From an uncultured delta proteobacterium (GTDB lineage: Bacteria > Desulfobacterota > Binatia > Binatales > Binataceae), in contig CAVRVY010000003.1 in NCBI GenBank assembly GCA_963724765.1, forward strand, positions 448,001 to 512,000: a stretch of DNA of 64,000 nt, in the 5' to 3' direction. The notes below the pieces were generated by a model. That model was not told where the DNA came from and did not search any database. It saw nothing but the letters and a program-made list of their open reading frames with translations. This document shows, piece after piece, positions 11,409 through 22,274 of this stretch. Both the position numbers and the translations under genes were made by a program. Within the stretch, counting starts at the first letter, position 1; every line of letters starts with the position of its first letter.

Positions 11409-13074
11409 ATGCTTAAAGTCGGCAACATGCCGCAAGACAAACGCGCGCTCCACGCGCTCAACCGGCTGGCCTTTGGGCCGGCGCCAGGTGACCTCGAGCG
11501 CGTCAATCAGATCGGCGTCGACCGCTACATCCGCGAACAACTCAGTCCCGAATCGATCCCCGTTGCGCCTGACCTCACGCAACGCGTCGAGGCTCTCAGG
11601 ACGCTGCACATGACGCCGGTCGAGCTGTTCGTGACTTTCCAGCTTCCCGTGCAACAAGCCAAGGGTGACACGGACGCGCAAAAAAGCGGCGCGCCGGCGC
11701 TCGCAGGTGATTCTCCAGGAGGCGGTCGAGGGGCGGTTGATGCGCGCGATCTATGGACCACGCCAGTTGCAGGAGGTGATGACCGCCTTCTGGTTCAACC
11801 ATTTCAACGTCTTCGCCGGCAAGGGCCTGTGCCACCTGTGGATCGGCGCGTACGAGCAGGAGGCGATCCGGCCGCACACGATGGGCCGCTTTCGCACGCT
11901 GCTCGGCGCCACCGCCAAGCATCCCGCGATGCTCTTCTATCTCGACAACTGGCAGAACAGCGCGCCCAACAGCACGGCCAAGCGCGGCAAATTCGAGGGC
12001 ATTAACGAGAACTACGCGCGCGAGGTGATGGAACTGCACACGCTCGGAGTCAACGGCGGCTACACGCAGGCTGACGTAACCGCGCTCGCGCATATCCTTA
12101 CCGGATGGGGCCTGCAAAAGCGCGGGCAGGCCGGGATGGGGATGGGCGCCCCGGCAATGGGCAATCCGGGGATGAACCCGCTGGGAATGAGACGGATGGG
12201 TGGATGGAGGCCCCCGTGGCGGCCGGGCCGAGCGCCGTTGCCCGGCGCCGAGGGCGACCAGTACGGCTTTTATTTCGACCCGAGCCGCCACGACTTCAGC
12301 GACCAGGTCTTTCTTGGCCGCACCTATGGCGGCGGCGCGGGAATCGCCGCGGGCGAGCAGGCGTTCGACGTCCTGGCGCGCGCGCCGGCCACCGCGCGGC
12401 ACCTGAGCTATCAGCTCGCGCAATACTTTGTGGCGGATAATCCTCCACAGGCGTTAGTGGCGCGGATGGCCGAGCGCTTCGAGCAGAGCCAGGGCGACAT
12501 CCGCGCGACGCTGGAGACGCTCTTCTTCAGCCCCGAGTTCTGGGACGAGCGCTACTTCGGGGCCAAGTTCAAAACTCCATACGACTACGTCATCTCGGCC
12601 GTGCGCGTGACCGGCGCGCCGGAGATCACCAACTACCGCCCGCTGTTCGGCACGATGACCCTGCTCGGGATGGCGCCGTATGGGCACGAGACGCCCGATG
12701 GCTATGCGAACACGCGCGAGGCGTGGCTCAATCCCGACGCGATGATGACGCGGCTCAGTTTCGCCACCGCGCTCGGCCAGGGCCATCTGCCGCTGCTCGC
12801 ACCGCCGTTCGAGGCGGGTGGCCGCGGCGGTCCGGGGTTTCGCGTGAAGTTCAAAAATGGCGGCGGCCCCGGCGCGAAGATGTACGAGTTGAGCCCGCCC
12901 GACAACAGCGCTCAGCGCAACAAGGGTGTTCAGATGGACCCGCCGGAGCCGGCGCAACTGGTCGCGTCGCTCGGCGGCAATTTCTCGGCCAACACGCGCG
13001 AGGCGATCGAAGCCGCGCCGGTGCAGTTGCGCTCCGCGCTCGTCCTCGGAAGCCCGGAGTTCATGGCGCGCTAG
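11409..13074 (+). pseudogene. DUF1800 family protein split by a +1 frameshift (or sequencing indel) in an A6 run
   Basis: N-part HALNRLAFGP..GD..YIREQL (11409 frame) joins FWFNHFNV..HPAMLFYLDN..NENYAREVMELHTLG (11665 frame) if one A is removed at 11680-11685. Confidence 0.8.
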
Positions 13075-13167
13075 CGAGCGGCGGAGTTAGGAAAAATGGG
13101 GCGCAAACGCGAAGACCACCGATGCTGTGATCCGCGACCTTGTGACCCGCAATGCGGTGAGGAGGGC

Positions 13168-14433
13168 ATGCGGCGCGAGCGCGGCGTGACGCTTGACCGG
13201 CGCGCGTTCCTGCGACGCGCCGCGATACTCGGCGGAGCGGGCGTCGTGATGCTCAGTCCGACCGCGTGGGCCGCGCGCGCGCTCGGCGGCGATTCAAGCC
13301 GCAAGCGGCTGGTGGTGGTGTTCATGCGCGGCGCAGTCGACGGGCTTAACGTGGTGGTCCCATACGGCGAGCCGAATTACTACGACTCGCGCCCGACGCT
13401 CGCGATCGCGCGCACGGGCGGCGATGGCGCGATGGTCGACCTCGACGGGTTCTTCGGGCTCCATCCCGCGCTGGCCACAATCGAGCCGCAATGGCGCGAC
13501 GGCACGCTCGCCTTCGTTCACGCCTGCGGGTCGCCCGACCCCACGCGCTCACACTTCGACGCCCAGGATTACATGGAAAGCGGCACGCCGGGCGTGAAAA
13601 GCACCAGCGACGGATGGATGAACCGAGTGCTCGCGGTGATGCCCGGCCACGCCTCGCCGACCGAGGCGTTGAGCCTGGGCGCCAACGTCCCGCGCATCCT
13701 GTCGGGCCGGATGCCGGTCGCCAATATCGCGCTGGGGCGCGGGGCGGCGCGCCCGCTACCGCTGGACCGGCCGGTCGTCGAGACCGCCTTTGACCGGATG
13801 TACCGCGGCAGCGACGCGCTCAGCCACGCCTATCAGGAAGGGCGCACGGCGCGGGCCCAGTTGATGACCGAGCTCGAACAGGACATGACCGAGGCCGACA
13901 ACGGCGCGCCATCGCCCAAAGGATTCTCCGACGACACCGGCCGCCTCGCCCATCTGATCGCGCGCGACCCGAGCATCCGGCTCGCCTTTCTCGCGCTCGG
14001 CGGATGGGACACGCACGTCAATCAGGGCTCGTCCAAGGGCCAGCTTGCGAACCATCTGCAACCGCTCGGCGCGGGGCTCGCGAGTTTCGCCACCGCCCTT
14101 GGGCCGCACTACCAGGACACGGTCATCCTGGTCATCTCGGAGTTCGGACGCACCGTGCGCCAGAACGGCAACGGCGGCACCGACCATGGCCATGGCAACG
14201 TGATGTGGGTGATGGGCGGTCCGGTGCGCGGGCGCAAGGTGTACGGCGCATGGCCGGGGCTCTCGACCCAGCAGCTTTACCAGGAGCGCGACTTGGCGGT
14301 GACGACGGATTTCCGCGAGCCGATCGCGACCGTGCTGCGGGGCCACATGGGACTTGGCGACACACAGATCGACCGCGTCTTTCCGAACCGCCCGCGCTCC
14401 ACCGGCCACACCGCGAGTTTGATCGCGGTATGA
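13168..14433 (+). CDS. DUF1501 family Tat-exported protein
   Basis: DRRAFL twin-arginine motif, RGAVDGLN, RSHFDAQ, GGWDTH, SEFGRT, GTDHG; GGAGG RBS; usual partner of DUF1800. Confidence 0.9.
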   Translation: MRRERGVTLDRRAFLRRAAILGGAGVVMLSPTAWAARALGGDSSRKRLVVVFMRGAVDGLNVVVPYGEPNYYDSRPTLAIARTGGDGAMVDLDGFFGLHPALATIEPQWRDGTLAFVHACGSPDPTRSHFDAQDYMESGTPGVKSTSDGWMNRVLAVMPGHASPTEALSLGANVPRILSGRMPVANIALGRGAARPLPLDRPVVETAFDRMYRGSDALSHAYQEGRTARAQLMTELEQDMTEADNGAPSPKGFSDDTGRLAHLIARDPSIRLAFLALGGWDTHVNQGSSKGQLANHLQPLGAGLASFATALGPHYQDTVILVISEFGRTVRQNGNGGTDHGHGNVMWVMGGPVRGRKVYGAWPGLSTQQLYQERDLAVTTDFREPIATVLRGHMGLGDTQIDRVFPNRPRSTGHTASLIAV

Positions 14434-14505
14434 TCGAGATCTGACCCGCGCTGAATGTTCGTGAACCGCCCTCTTCTCAGGACAAACCCAAAAATACCCG
14501 CCGCG

Positions 14506-15465
14506 TCATCGTGAGGCGCTGGCGCTGGCCGGGCGATACGAGACCAGTTCCTGGCTCTTGAAATCTGGATCGGTGGTTTCGCATTTGGCCAGCGCGTTCA
14601 CCTCCGGCGCGTACCAGCAGGTCATCTGCATGTTGGAGAGCCCGGTCCGGTACACGATTTTGAGCTTGAGCGCGTTCAACGTTCCGGCCGGCACCGTCAC
14701 CTGCTCCCAACCGATCGCCTGGCCGTGCGTGTTGCCCCAGATCCGGCCTTGTTCGGTCTTTAACAGCCAGTCCTTCGACCATTTCTTGCCGGCCCACAGC
14801 GGAAACTTGAACGTACCGAGGTCGGGATCGAACGAGCCGATCAGCGTGCCGACGTGCCCGGAGATGAGGTTGCCGTCGAGCGTGTAAGTGTTCTGATGGC
14901 CGAACCAGTTGACGACCATCCGGTTGCCCGCGATTCTCACCACCTCGATCTTACCGTCGGTATCGTTGAGCCGGGAGACCCAGGTATCGCCGACTTCAAG
15001 TTTAGGCGCCGGGATTTCGCGATGCTCCGGGTTGGGCCGGTCGACGACGACCACCTCCTTGTGGCGGCAGAACGTACACGGCCCCGTCACTTCGACCGCC
15101 TCGGCCGTCACGATGAAATCGCTGCCGTCGGCGCTTGCACCCGTGGCGACATGAGTGATCGCGTCGACCCGATCCTGGTACTGGCCAATCGCCAGGCTGC
15201 GCAATTTCTCGTTGATGTGTTCGGTCTCGATCGCGGCGCCTGAGAACGGCTCGCTGTACTTTATCTCGCCGAGCGTCTGATGAGGCTCGGACAGATCTCC
15301 GGTCATCACCATGACCTGCGAGCGGTTAAGAGTCACCGTCTCTTGATGAATCATCTCCTGGCGGTTGCGCTCTTGCTGGGCGCATCCCTGCGCCGCCGCC
15401 ATCGCGAGCATTGCCGTCGCGAGCATCAGCAGGGCTCGCCGCGCCTTTGAACTCCCGCTTCGCAC
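14506..15465 (-). CDS. Secreted/lipoprotein-like two-domain hypothetical protein
   Basis: Signal peptide ending AAQGC; N-domain YbjQ/RcsF-like pattern; C-domain with VGDTW and VTVPAGT..WYAPEV. Confidence 0.7.
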   Translation of the reverse strand: MRSGSSKARRALLMLATAMLAMAAAQGCAQQERNRQEMIHQETVTLNRSQVMVMTGDLSEPHQTLGEIKYSEPFSGAAIETEHINEKLRSLAIGQYQDRVDAITHVATGASADGSDFIVTAEAVEVTGPCTFCRHKEVVVVDRPNPEHREIPAPKLEVGDTWVSRLNDTDGKIEVVRIAGNRMVVNWFGHQNTYTLDGNLISGHVGTLIGSFDPDLGTFKFPLWAGKKWSKDWLLKTEQGRIWGNTHGQAIGWEQVTVPAGTLNALKLKIVYRTGLSNMQMTCWYAPEVNALAKCETTDPDFKSQELVSYRPASASASR

Positions 15466-15686
15466 GCGTAACAGCGTACCACGCCAATGCCCGCCGGGAG
15501 CAAGGCGCGCTCGCGCAACCTATGAAACAAGCCGGTGGCGAGGGCTACAACAATTCGATCGGTGAGAATTCATCCGATGATGCTGACCAAGAGGCTCGTC
15601 GATTTGGACAATATTGAGCGGTTTGAGCATGTCGGGATTGTTAACAGGAGCGGCATGAGGCTGACGATCGTTGTGCAGTAGCCGGG

Positions 15687-15800
15687 TGTAACCGCGAGAC
15701 CGGCATCTTCGTACTGATGATCGGCTGATGAACCGGATCGATAGTCTCCTGCCCAAGGCGGGGCCGGGGTCGTCCCCCCCACCCGGCCCCGCCTCCCTCT
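15687..15800 (+). ncRNA. Candidate sRNA with C7-loop hairpin and ECF-type promoter
   Basis: TGTAAC-N17-CGTA (15687-15713); 13-bp stem 15756-15768/15782-15794 with loop GTCGTCCCCCCCA. Confidence 0.4.
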
Positions 15801-16001
15801 CACTGCGCAAGAGGGCCGCGCCATTCGCTAACCTATTTGACTTTTCGTGAAACGGATTCCGCGTTGGGAGGAATTTCGCTTAACCAAAGAGGCGAACAAA
15901 GGAATTTCCACGCCCCCTCCGGTAGCGGAAAAAAGTCGGGAGTCCGGCTCGGGCGAGATTCCCGGCCATCTCTGGACGGGCAGAGTGAGCGCTACCTAAT
16001 C

Positions 16002-16055
16002 GACTCTTACAACCTTGGACTCTTACAATCGGAGTCCTACAACCTGGAGTCTTAG
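16002..16055. repeat. Degenerate ~15-bp tandem repeat x3.5
   Basis: GACTCTTACAACCTT/GACTCTTACAATCG/GAGTCCTACAACCTG/GAGTCTTAG. Confidence 0.75.
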
Positions 16056-16104
16056 AGGCGCGTTCCTGGCGAGGCGGGCTGGGCGGCGAGCGCGTCGCCG
16101 GATA

Positions 16105-16881
16105 TTACTGGTCGCCTCCGAGCTTCTGCATTTGCTGGTCGACCTCGCGCATCTTGGTGAGCCGCTGGTCGGTCGGTATCAAGCGCGAGTCGCGCTGAGC
16201 CGTCTGCTGCTCGCTGTGCACGGTGGGCAGTTCGCCGTCGATCTTTTCCAGCGACTCCTGTGCCAGCTTGCGCACCATCGGGTTCTTGTCGTTGGTGACG
16301 GTCCGGACCAGGGTGTCGGTTGCGTGCGGGTCGCCGATCTCGCCCAGCGCGAAGACCGCGGTGCCGCGGGCCGCGTCATTCGGAGCTTCCTTGAGGTAGC
16401 CGACGATCGGCAACGTGCCGCGCGAATCGCCGATCCGTCCGAGCGCGGCCACGATATGGAGCTTCACCACCTGCTGCGTCTCGCGCAGGAACAACTGCTG
16501 CGTCATCAGGGGCACCGCTATCGTCGCTTGCTGGGCGCCCAGGATGTCGATCGCGCGAATCTTGACCCGGATATCGGGATCGGTCAGCCCCTCGATCAGT
16601 ATTTCCTGGGCCTTCGGTTCGGTAACGTCGCGCAGCTTGTCGAGCGCCTCGGCGCGCACGCGCGGATCGGCGTCGGCCATCCCCTTCTTGGCGTCCTGCT
16701 CGAGCTGGTCGGGGGATTTTTCCTCCTGCCCCTTCTGGCCGCCTCCCTGCATCATCCGGCCCATCATATTGCCGGCGCCACCCGGAGAGCTTAAGCCGCC
16801 GAATTGCGCGAGCGCGGTCACCGGCGGCATCGCCAGCGCCAACAGCAGGCCCCCAGAGAAAATCAGGCTAGCTTTTGACAA
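16105..16881 (-). CDS. Secreted HEAT-repeat (PBS-lyase-like) protein
   Basis: Repeats DPRVRAEAL, DIRVKIRAIDILG, AALGRIGD, AVFALGEIGD; TTG start behind GAGGA gives a clean signal peptide. Confidence 0.85.
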   Translation of the reverse strand: MSKASLIFSGGLLLALAMPPVTALAQFGGLSSPGGAGNMMGRMMQGGGQKGQEEKSPDQLEQDAKKGMADADPRVRAEALDKLRDVTEPKAQEILIEGLTDPDIRVKIRAIDILGAQQATIAVPLMTQQLFLRETQQVVKLHIVAALGRIGDSRGTLPIVGYLKEAPNDAARGTAVFALGEIGDPHATDTLVRTVTNDKNPMVRKLAQESLEKIDGELPTVHSEQQTAQRDSRLIPTDQRLTKMREVDQQMQKLGGDQ

Positions 16882-16916
16882 TTTCCATGTCCTCGACGGT
16901 TGCGGCAAAATCATCG

Positions 16917-17858
16917 ATGAAAATGGCTTCCATTGCAAGCGTAGGATTACGGCCGCTTAGAGCGATCGTCGCCGCGATCGTCATAAGCGTCTGTGCGGCG
17001 GTCATCACGGGGGTGAGCGGAGCGGCGCCAGGCGGGTCGTTACGCGAGGCCGGCTCGGCCGCCGGGCATTCGGACTCGGCCGACCCTGCGGTGGTATCCG
17101 TACGCCGACTCCCCGACGGCATCAGGGTTCCCAGGTATTCGCCCGGCCCGATGCCGTTCCATCCGGGCCAGGAACTCTTCTACCAGGCCTCGTGGATTGG
17201 AATCCCGGCCGCAGGCGGCAAGGTCGTTTTGCATCCTCGCGAAGGTGCCAGCGCACTGCTGAGCGCGGAGATCTGGATCAGCACCAATCGCCTGACCGAC
17301 AAATTGTACCGGATGCGCGATTACCTCTGCGAAGATTTCACCACCTCGCTCAAGCCGACCGAGATGAACATCCGTCAGAACGAGGGCCGCCGCCACGACA
17401 CCTTCAACGTTACCTTCGATCATCGCGACCACGTGGTCACGCTGGTCAAGCATGGTCCGCGTGGCGCGCAGACCCGCAAGTTCCTCTCCTACAATCCTTC
17501 CGGGCCGGTGTCGGGCGCGATGATGGCGCTGTCGCAGCCGCTTGAGGCGGGTGATTCGCTGAGCTTCGACGCCTTCAGCGGCACCACGCGCTACATCTTC
17601 GAGCTAAAGGTGATTCGGCGCGAGCGTATCGGCACGCCGCTCGGCGAATTCGACGCTTTCAGGATCGTGCCCTCGGTCACTTACTTAAGCGACGGGAAGA
17701 TCAACGACGAGGTGCATGACACAACGCTATGGGTGTCGGCCGACGCGCGCCGCCTGCCGTTGCGGGTCGAGTCGGCGGTCTTCATCGGGAGCGTCAGGAT
17801 CGACCTAGTCAAGGTGATCGACCCCGCCAGTGCCACGCAACAACAGGCCAAGCGATGA
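16917..17858 (+). CDS. DUF3108 family secreted protein
   Basis: Signal peptide; PFHPGQELFY..WIGIPAA, ERIGTPLGEFDA, LWVSADARRLPLRVES..IGSV; start uncertain. Confidence 0.75.
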   Translation: MKMASIASVGLRPLRAIVAAIVISVCAAVITGVSGAAPGGSLREAGSAAGHSDSADPAVVSVRRLPDGIRVPRYSPGPMPFHPGQELFYQASWIGIPAAGGKVVLHPREGASALLSAEIWISTNRLTDKLYRMRDYLCEDFTTSLKPTEMNIRQNEGRRHDTFNVTFDHRDHVVTLVKHGPRGAQTRKFLSYNPSGPVSGAMMALSQPLEAGDSLSFDAFSGTTRYIFELKVIRRERIGTPLGEFDAFRIVPSVTYLSDGKINDEVHDTTLWVSADARRLPLRVESAVFIGSVRIDLVKVIDPASATQQQAKR

Positions 17859-17944
17859 GCGCGATAGTTTGGGAACACGCGGGCGCTTTGCTAATGCATA
17901 GGAATCCCGAGGCAAGGGCCAGTGAAAAAGTGAAAAGTTGAAAA

Positions 17945-18544
17945 ATGGCTAAGAAACTCGAATTTTTCTACGATTGCTCCAGCCCCTGGACGTACCTGGC
18001 TTTCAGCCGGATCGAAGACGTCGCGCGCCGCCACGGCGCCGACCTGATATGGCGGCCCATCCTGGTCGGCGGCGTCTTCAACGCCGTCAATCCCTCGGTG
18101 TACGAGGGCCGCGAGCATCCGGTCAAGCCGAAGGTGCGCTACTACGACAAGGACCTGCAGGACTGGGCGCGCCTTTACGGGCTCAAGATCGGCCATCCCA
18201 CGGTCTTCCCGGTGAACTCGGTGAAGGCGATGCGCGGGGCGTTCGTCGCGATCGAGCACCACAAAGTTTCGCCATACTCGCGCGCGGTCTTCGCGGCGTA
18301 TTGGGGCGAGGACCGCGACGTGAGCCGCGACGAGGTCCTGCGCGACATCGTGCGCGCGGCCGATCTCGACCCCGACGAGTTTTTCAAAAAGATCGGCGCG
18401 CCCGAATACAAGGACAAGCTGCGCGTCAACACCGAGGAGTTGATCGCGCGCGGCGGCTTCGGGTCGCCCACGATGTTCGTCGATGGCGAGATGTTCTTCG
18501 GCAACGACCGCCTGGTGCTGGTCGAGGATCGGCTCTCGCATTAG
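17945..18544 (+). CDS. 2-hydroxychromene-2-carboxylate isomerase (DsbA/GST-kappa family)
   Basis: EFFYDCSSPWTY, WRPILVGGVF, GGFGSPTMFV, FFGNDRL. Confidence 0.9.
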   Translation: MAKKLEFFYDCSSPWTYLAFSRIEDVARRHGADLIWRPILVGGVFNAVNPSVYEGREHPVKPKVRYYDKDLQDWARLYGLKIGHPTVFPVNSVKAMRGAFVAIEHHKVSPYSRAVFAAYWGEDRDVSRDEVLRDIVRAADLDPDEFFKKIGAPEYKDKLRVNTEELIARGGFGSPTMFVDGEMFFGNDRLVLVEDRLSH

Positions 18545-18597
18545 CGCGTGCGGCTGGTGGTCGGACGGACATAACGCGCCGTTCGTTTGTGATACCG

Positions 18598-19302
18598 ATG
18601 CCCGTTACGAGCATCGCTGACTTCGCCTCCCTGCCCGAGCGTGTGCGAGCGTTCATCGCGCTTAGGCTCGACGCCGCGGTCGACGACGCGATTGCCGCGC
18701 TGATCGAGCGTTTGCGCGCGCCCCAAAACGATACCCCACGAGACGATCTCCGACACGAAGGCATCCGATGGATCCGGCGCGCGAACTTCCATCTGACGCT
18801 GTTGTTCCTCGGCCCCTCGGTGCCGCGCGAGCGTCTCGCGCCGATCGCTGACGCGCTCGCCACGATCGCAGAGACGACCGCCCCTTTTGAAATCGCGGCG
18901 CGCGGCGTGGGTGTCTTTCCGACCCCGGCGCGCCCGCGCGTCATCTCGGTTGGCCTCGATTCGGTTGGATTCGAGGGCGGCGGCTTGGCCGACTTGGCGG
19001 CGCGCGTGACGGAGGCGGCCGCGCGATGCGGCTTCGCGCCGGAACGGCGCGCCTATTCGCCTCATCTGACGATCGGCCGCGTGCGCTCGCTCCCCGCTCC
19101 GGTGTGGCTTCGGCAGAGGCTCGGCGAGGCGGCGGATTCGCGCTTCGGAGTCTCGCGGATCGAACGCGTGATACTTTATCGAAGCGAACTTGGGCGAAGC
19201 GAACTTGGGCGGAGCGAGCTTGGGCGGAGCGAGCTTGGGCCTCAATCGTCGACGTACCACGAGCTGGCCGCCTTCCCGCTCGGCGCCCGCGAGGGCGGGT
19301 GA
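18598..19302 (+). CDS. thpR: RNA 2',3'-cyclic phosphodiesterase (2'-5' RNA ligase, 2H family)
   Basis: RAFIAL, two HxT motifs ([19 protein letters not shown]), position upstream of recA. Confidence 0.88.
   Translation: MPVTSIADFASLPERVRAFIALRLDAAVDDAIAALIERLRAPQNDTPRDDLRHEGIRWIRRANFHLTLLFLGPSVPRERLAPIADALATIAETTAPFEIAARGVGVFPTPARPRVISVGLDSVGFEGGGLADLAARVTEAAARCGFAPERRAYSPHLTIGRVRSLPAPVWLRQRLGEAADSRFGVSRIERVILYRSELGRSELGRSELGRSELGPQSSTYHELAAFPLGAREGG
19180..19239 (+). repeat. In-frame 15-bp x4 tandem repeat (RSELG)4 inside thpR
   Basis: CGAAGCGAACTTGGG x2 then CGGAGCGAGCTTGGG x2. Confidence 0.95.
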
Positions 19303-19442
19303 ATCGAGCGCCTCGGGGGTACGGGGTTAGATTTAGCGGACGGTATGTTGACGCGTGTGCGGCGCGGCTAGCGCTATCCGCCGCTTTTTGTGGCAAGATT
19401 CGCTTTTACATAGGAGTCGAAAACCCGCCGGGCGGGAAAATC

Positions 19443-20537
<1,095 letters not shown>

Positions 20538-20539
20538 AT

Positions 20540-20665
20540 TCCCTCCCCACCTTTCCAATGCTCCACCCCCCGGAGGGGCAGAGGGTCAGGGTGAGGGGGT
20601 TAAAGATTCAGCGCGAGAAGCGCACAGAAAAGGCATCCGGCGCTTCCTCGTTCGACCCCCAGCCC
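20540..20665. repeat. REP-like dispersed repeat copy
   Basis: 20586-20601 is the exact reverse complement of 2099-2114; 20634-20660 matches 1640-1666 (26/27). Confidence 0.7.
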
Positions 20666-20670
20666 ATCCT

Positions 20671-20726
20671 ACCCCAAGACACTTACCCCAAGACACTTGC
20701 CCCAAGACACTTGCCCCAAGACACTT
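20671..20726. repeat. Tandem repeat, 14 bp x4
   Basis: ACCCCAAGACACTT x2 then GCCCCAAGACACTT x2. Confidence 0.95.
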
Positions 20727-20764
20727 GGAGGAGGTGTTAAACAGGACCAGAAGCGGAGGTGCCG

Positions 20765-20793
20765 TTGATTTCATAGCCGCGGCTCTGTACGCT
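20765..20793 (+). promoter_or_regulatory. Putative sigma70 promoter of the DEAD-box helicase
   Basis: TTGATT-N17-TACGCT. Confidence 0.4.
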
Positions 20794-20912
20794 ACTAGCG
20801 AATGCCCGCAGAGGCCGACCAGGGCGCCGCCTCCGATCGCGCCCACTTTCTCAACCCCCAATATTTGGAAAGGCCGTTTTGCCATCAACAGGCGACGGTC
20901 GAAGTGTAAGCT

Positions 20913-22115
20913 TTGTCCTTTACCGATTTCTCTCTTTTCCCTGAACTCCAACGTTCAATCCGCGACTGTGGCTATCACGATCCGACGCCCGTCCAGAGCG
21001 AAACCATCCCCGTGGCGCTCGAAGGCCGCGACCTGGTGGTCAGCGCCGAGACCGGCAGCGGCAAAACCGCCGCGTTCCTGATTCCGCTCATCGACCGGCT
21101 CCATCGTAAGCGCGCCAAAGGGCCGAGCGCCCTGGTGATCGCGCCGACGCGCGAGCTGGCGGCCCAGTGCGGCCAGGAATTCACCCGTCTCGCGCGCCAT
21201 TGCGGCCTCCGTGCGGCGGTTATCGTCGGGGGCGAGTCGATGCGCCGTCAGATCGACGACCTGCACGCCGGTGCCCAGGTGCTCATCGCATGCCCCGGCC
21301 GGCTCATCGACCTGATGGAACAGGGCAAGGTGAGCCTGCAGCATATCCAGGTCGTGGTCATTGACGAGGCCGACCGCCTGCTCGACATGGGTTTCCTGCC
21401 GCAACTGCGGCGGGTGATGCGCACGCTGCCCAAGGAACGGCAGACGATGATGTTCTCGGCCACGATGGGCTCCGGGCCGGAAGCGATCGCGCGCGATTTC
21501 CTGCATCGCCCCGAGCGCATCATGATCGGCCGTAAGGCCGCTCCGCCGCCGTCGATCAGCCAGACCATCTACCCCGTGCAATGGGGCGACAAGGAAGCGA
21601 TGCTGCTCGAGATCCTCGGCAAGCCCGAGGTGCAGAGCGCGATCGTCTTTACCCGCACCCGCGTGCGCGCCGAGCATATCGGCAGGATGCTCAAGCGCCA
21701 CGGCCTGCGCACCGCCGTGATTCACGGCGACCGCTCGCAGGCCGAGCGCAACACGGCGCTGAGGACGTTCAAGGCGGGAACTTGCCGCGTGATGGTCGCG
21801 ACCGACGTGGCCGCGCGCGGGCTGGACATCCCCGGCGTCTCGCACGTGGTCAATTATGATCTGCCGGAGGACGCCGAGAGCTACATCCATCGTATCGGGC
21901 GCACGGCGCGGATGGGCCGCGAGGGCGAGGCGATAAGCCTGGTGACGCCGCAGGAGCGCGTGTCGCTGGGCCAGATCGAACGGGCGCTTGGCGAAGAGAT
22001 CAAGCGCGAGCAAGTCGCGGGCTTCGAGGCGCCCGAAGTGAAAGCGCCCAAGCCGGTGACGCTGTTCAGGTCGGGCGCGGGACGCGCGCGCGGCCGCTCA
22101 CGCTCGCGCTGGTAG
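20913..22115 (+). CDS. DEAD-box RNA helicase (RhlE-like)
   Basis: PTPVQ, AETGSGKT, PTRELA, DEAD, SAT, ARGLD, HRIGRTAR. Confidence 0.95.
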   Translation: MSFTDFSLFPELQRSIRDCGYHDPTPVQSETIPVALEGRDLVVSAETGSGKTAAFLIPLIDRLHRKRAKGPSALVIAPTRELAAQCGQEFTRLARHCGLRAAVIVGGESMRRQIDDLHAGAQVLIACPGRLIDLMEQGKVSLQHIQVVVIDEADRLLDMGFLPQLRRVMRTLPKERQTMMFSATMGSGPEAIARDFLHRPERIMIGRKAAPPPSISQTIYPVQWGDKEAMLLEILGKPEVQSAIVFTRTRVRAEHIGRMLKRHGLRTAVIHGDRSQAERNTALRTFKAGTCRVMVATDVAARGLDIPGVSHVVNYDLPEDAESYIHRIGRTARMGREGEAISLVTPQERVSLGQIERALGEEIKREQVAGFEAPEVKAPKPVTLFRSGAGRARGRSRSRW

Positions 22116-22158
22116 CCGACGCGCGCGATTCAGAATCTTCCGCTTCAGAATTTCCAAT

Positions 22159-22204
22159 GACCCCTCACCCCACCCTCTCCCGCGAATAATCGCGGGCGAG
22201 GGCA
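22159..22204. repeat. REP-like CCCTCACCC..CCCTCTCCC..GAGGG palindrome
   Basis: CCCCTCACCCCACCCTCTCCCGCGA..TCGCGGGCGAGGG between convergent genes. Confidence 0.55.
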
Positions 22205-22274
22205 TAAAAAGAATCAAATCAAAATTGCAAAAATCGATAGACGGGCGCTGGGCGTCGGCATCCGCATTGGCGCG

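Noticed and set aside
11680-11686. Programmed -1 frameshift at A-AAA-AAG
   Set aside because: Heptamer is out of phase with the upstream frame and the required shift is +1
15714-15750. Hammerhead ribozyme (two CTGATGA motifs)
   Set aside because: No GAAA core after stem II (GATA instead) and no consistent stems I/III
16875-16938. Overlapping divergent starts of the HEAT and DUF3108 genes
   Set aside because: Overlap disappears using TTG 16881 with a GAGGA RBS
17974-19442. Long N-terminal extensions of thpR (17974) and recA (19026) in the ORF track
   Set aside because: They overlap upstream genes; family homology begins at 18598 and 19443
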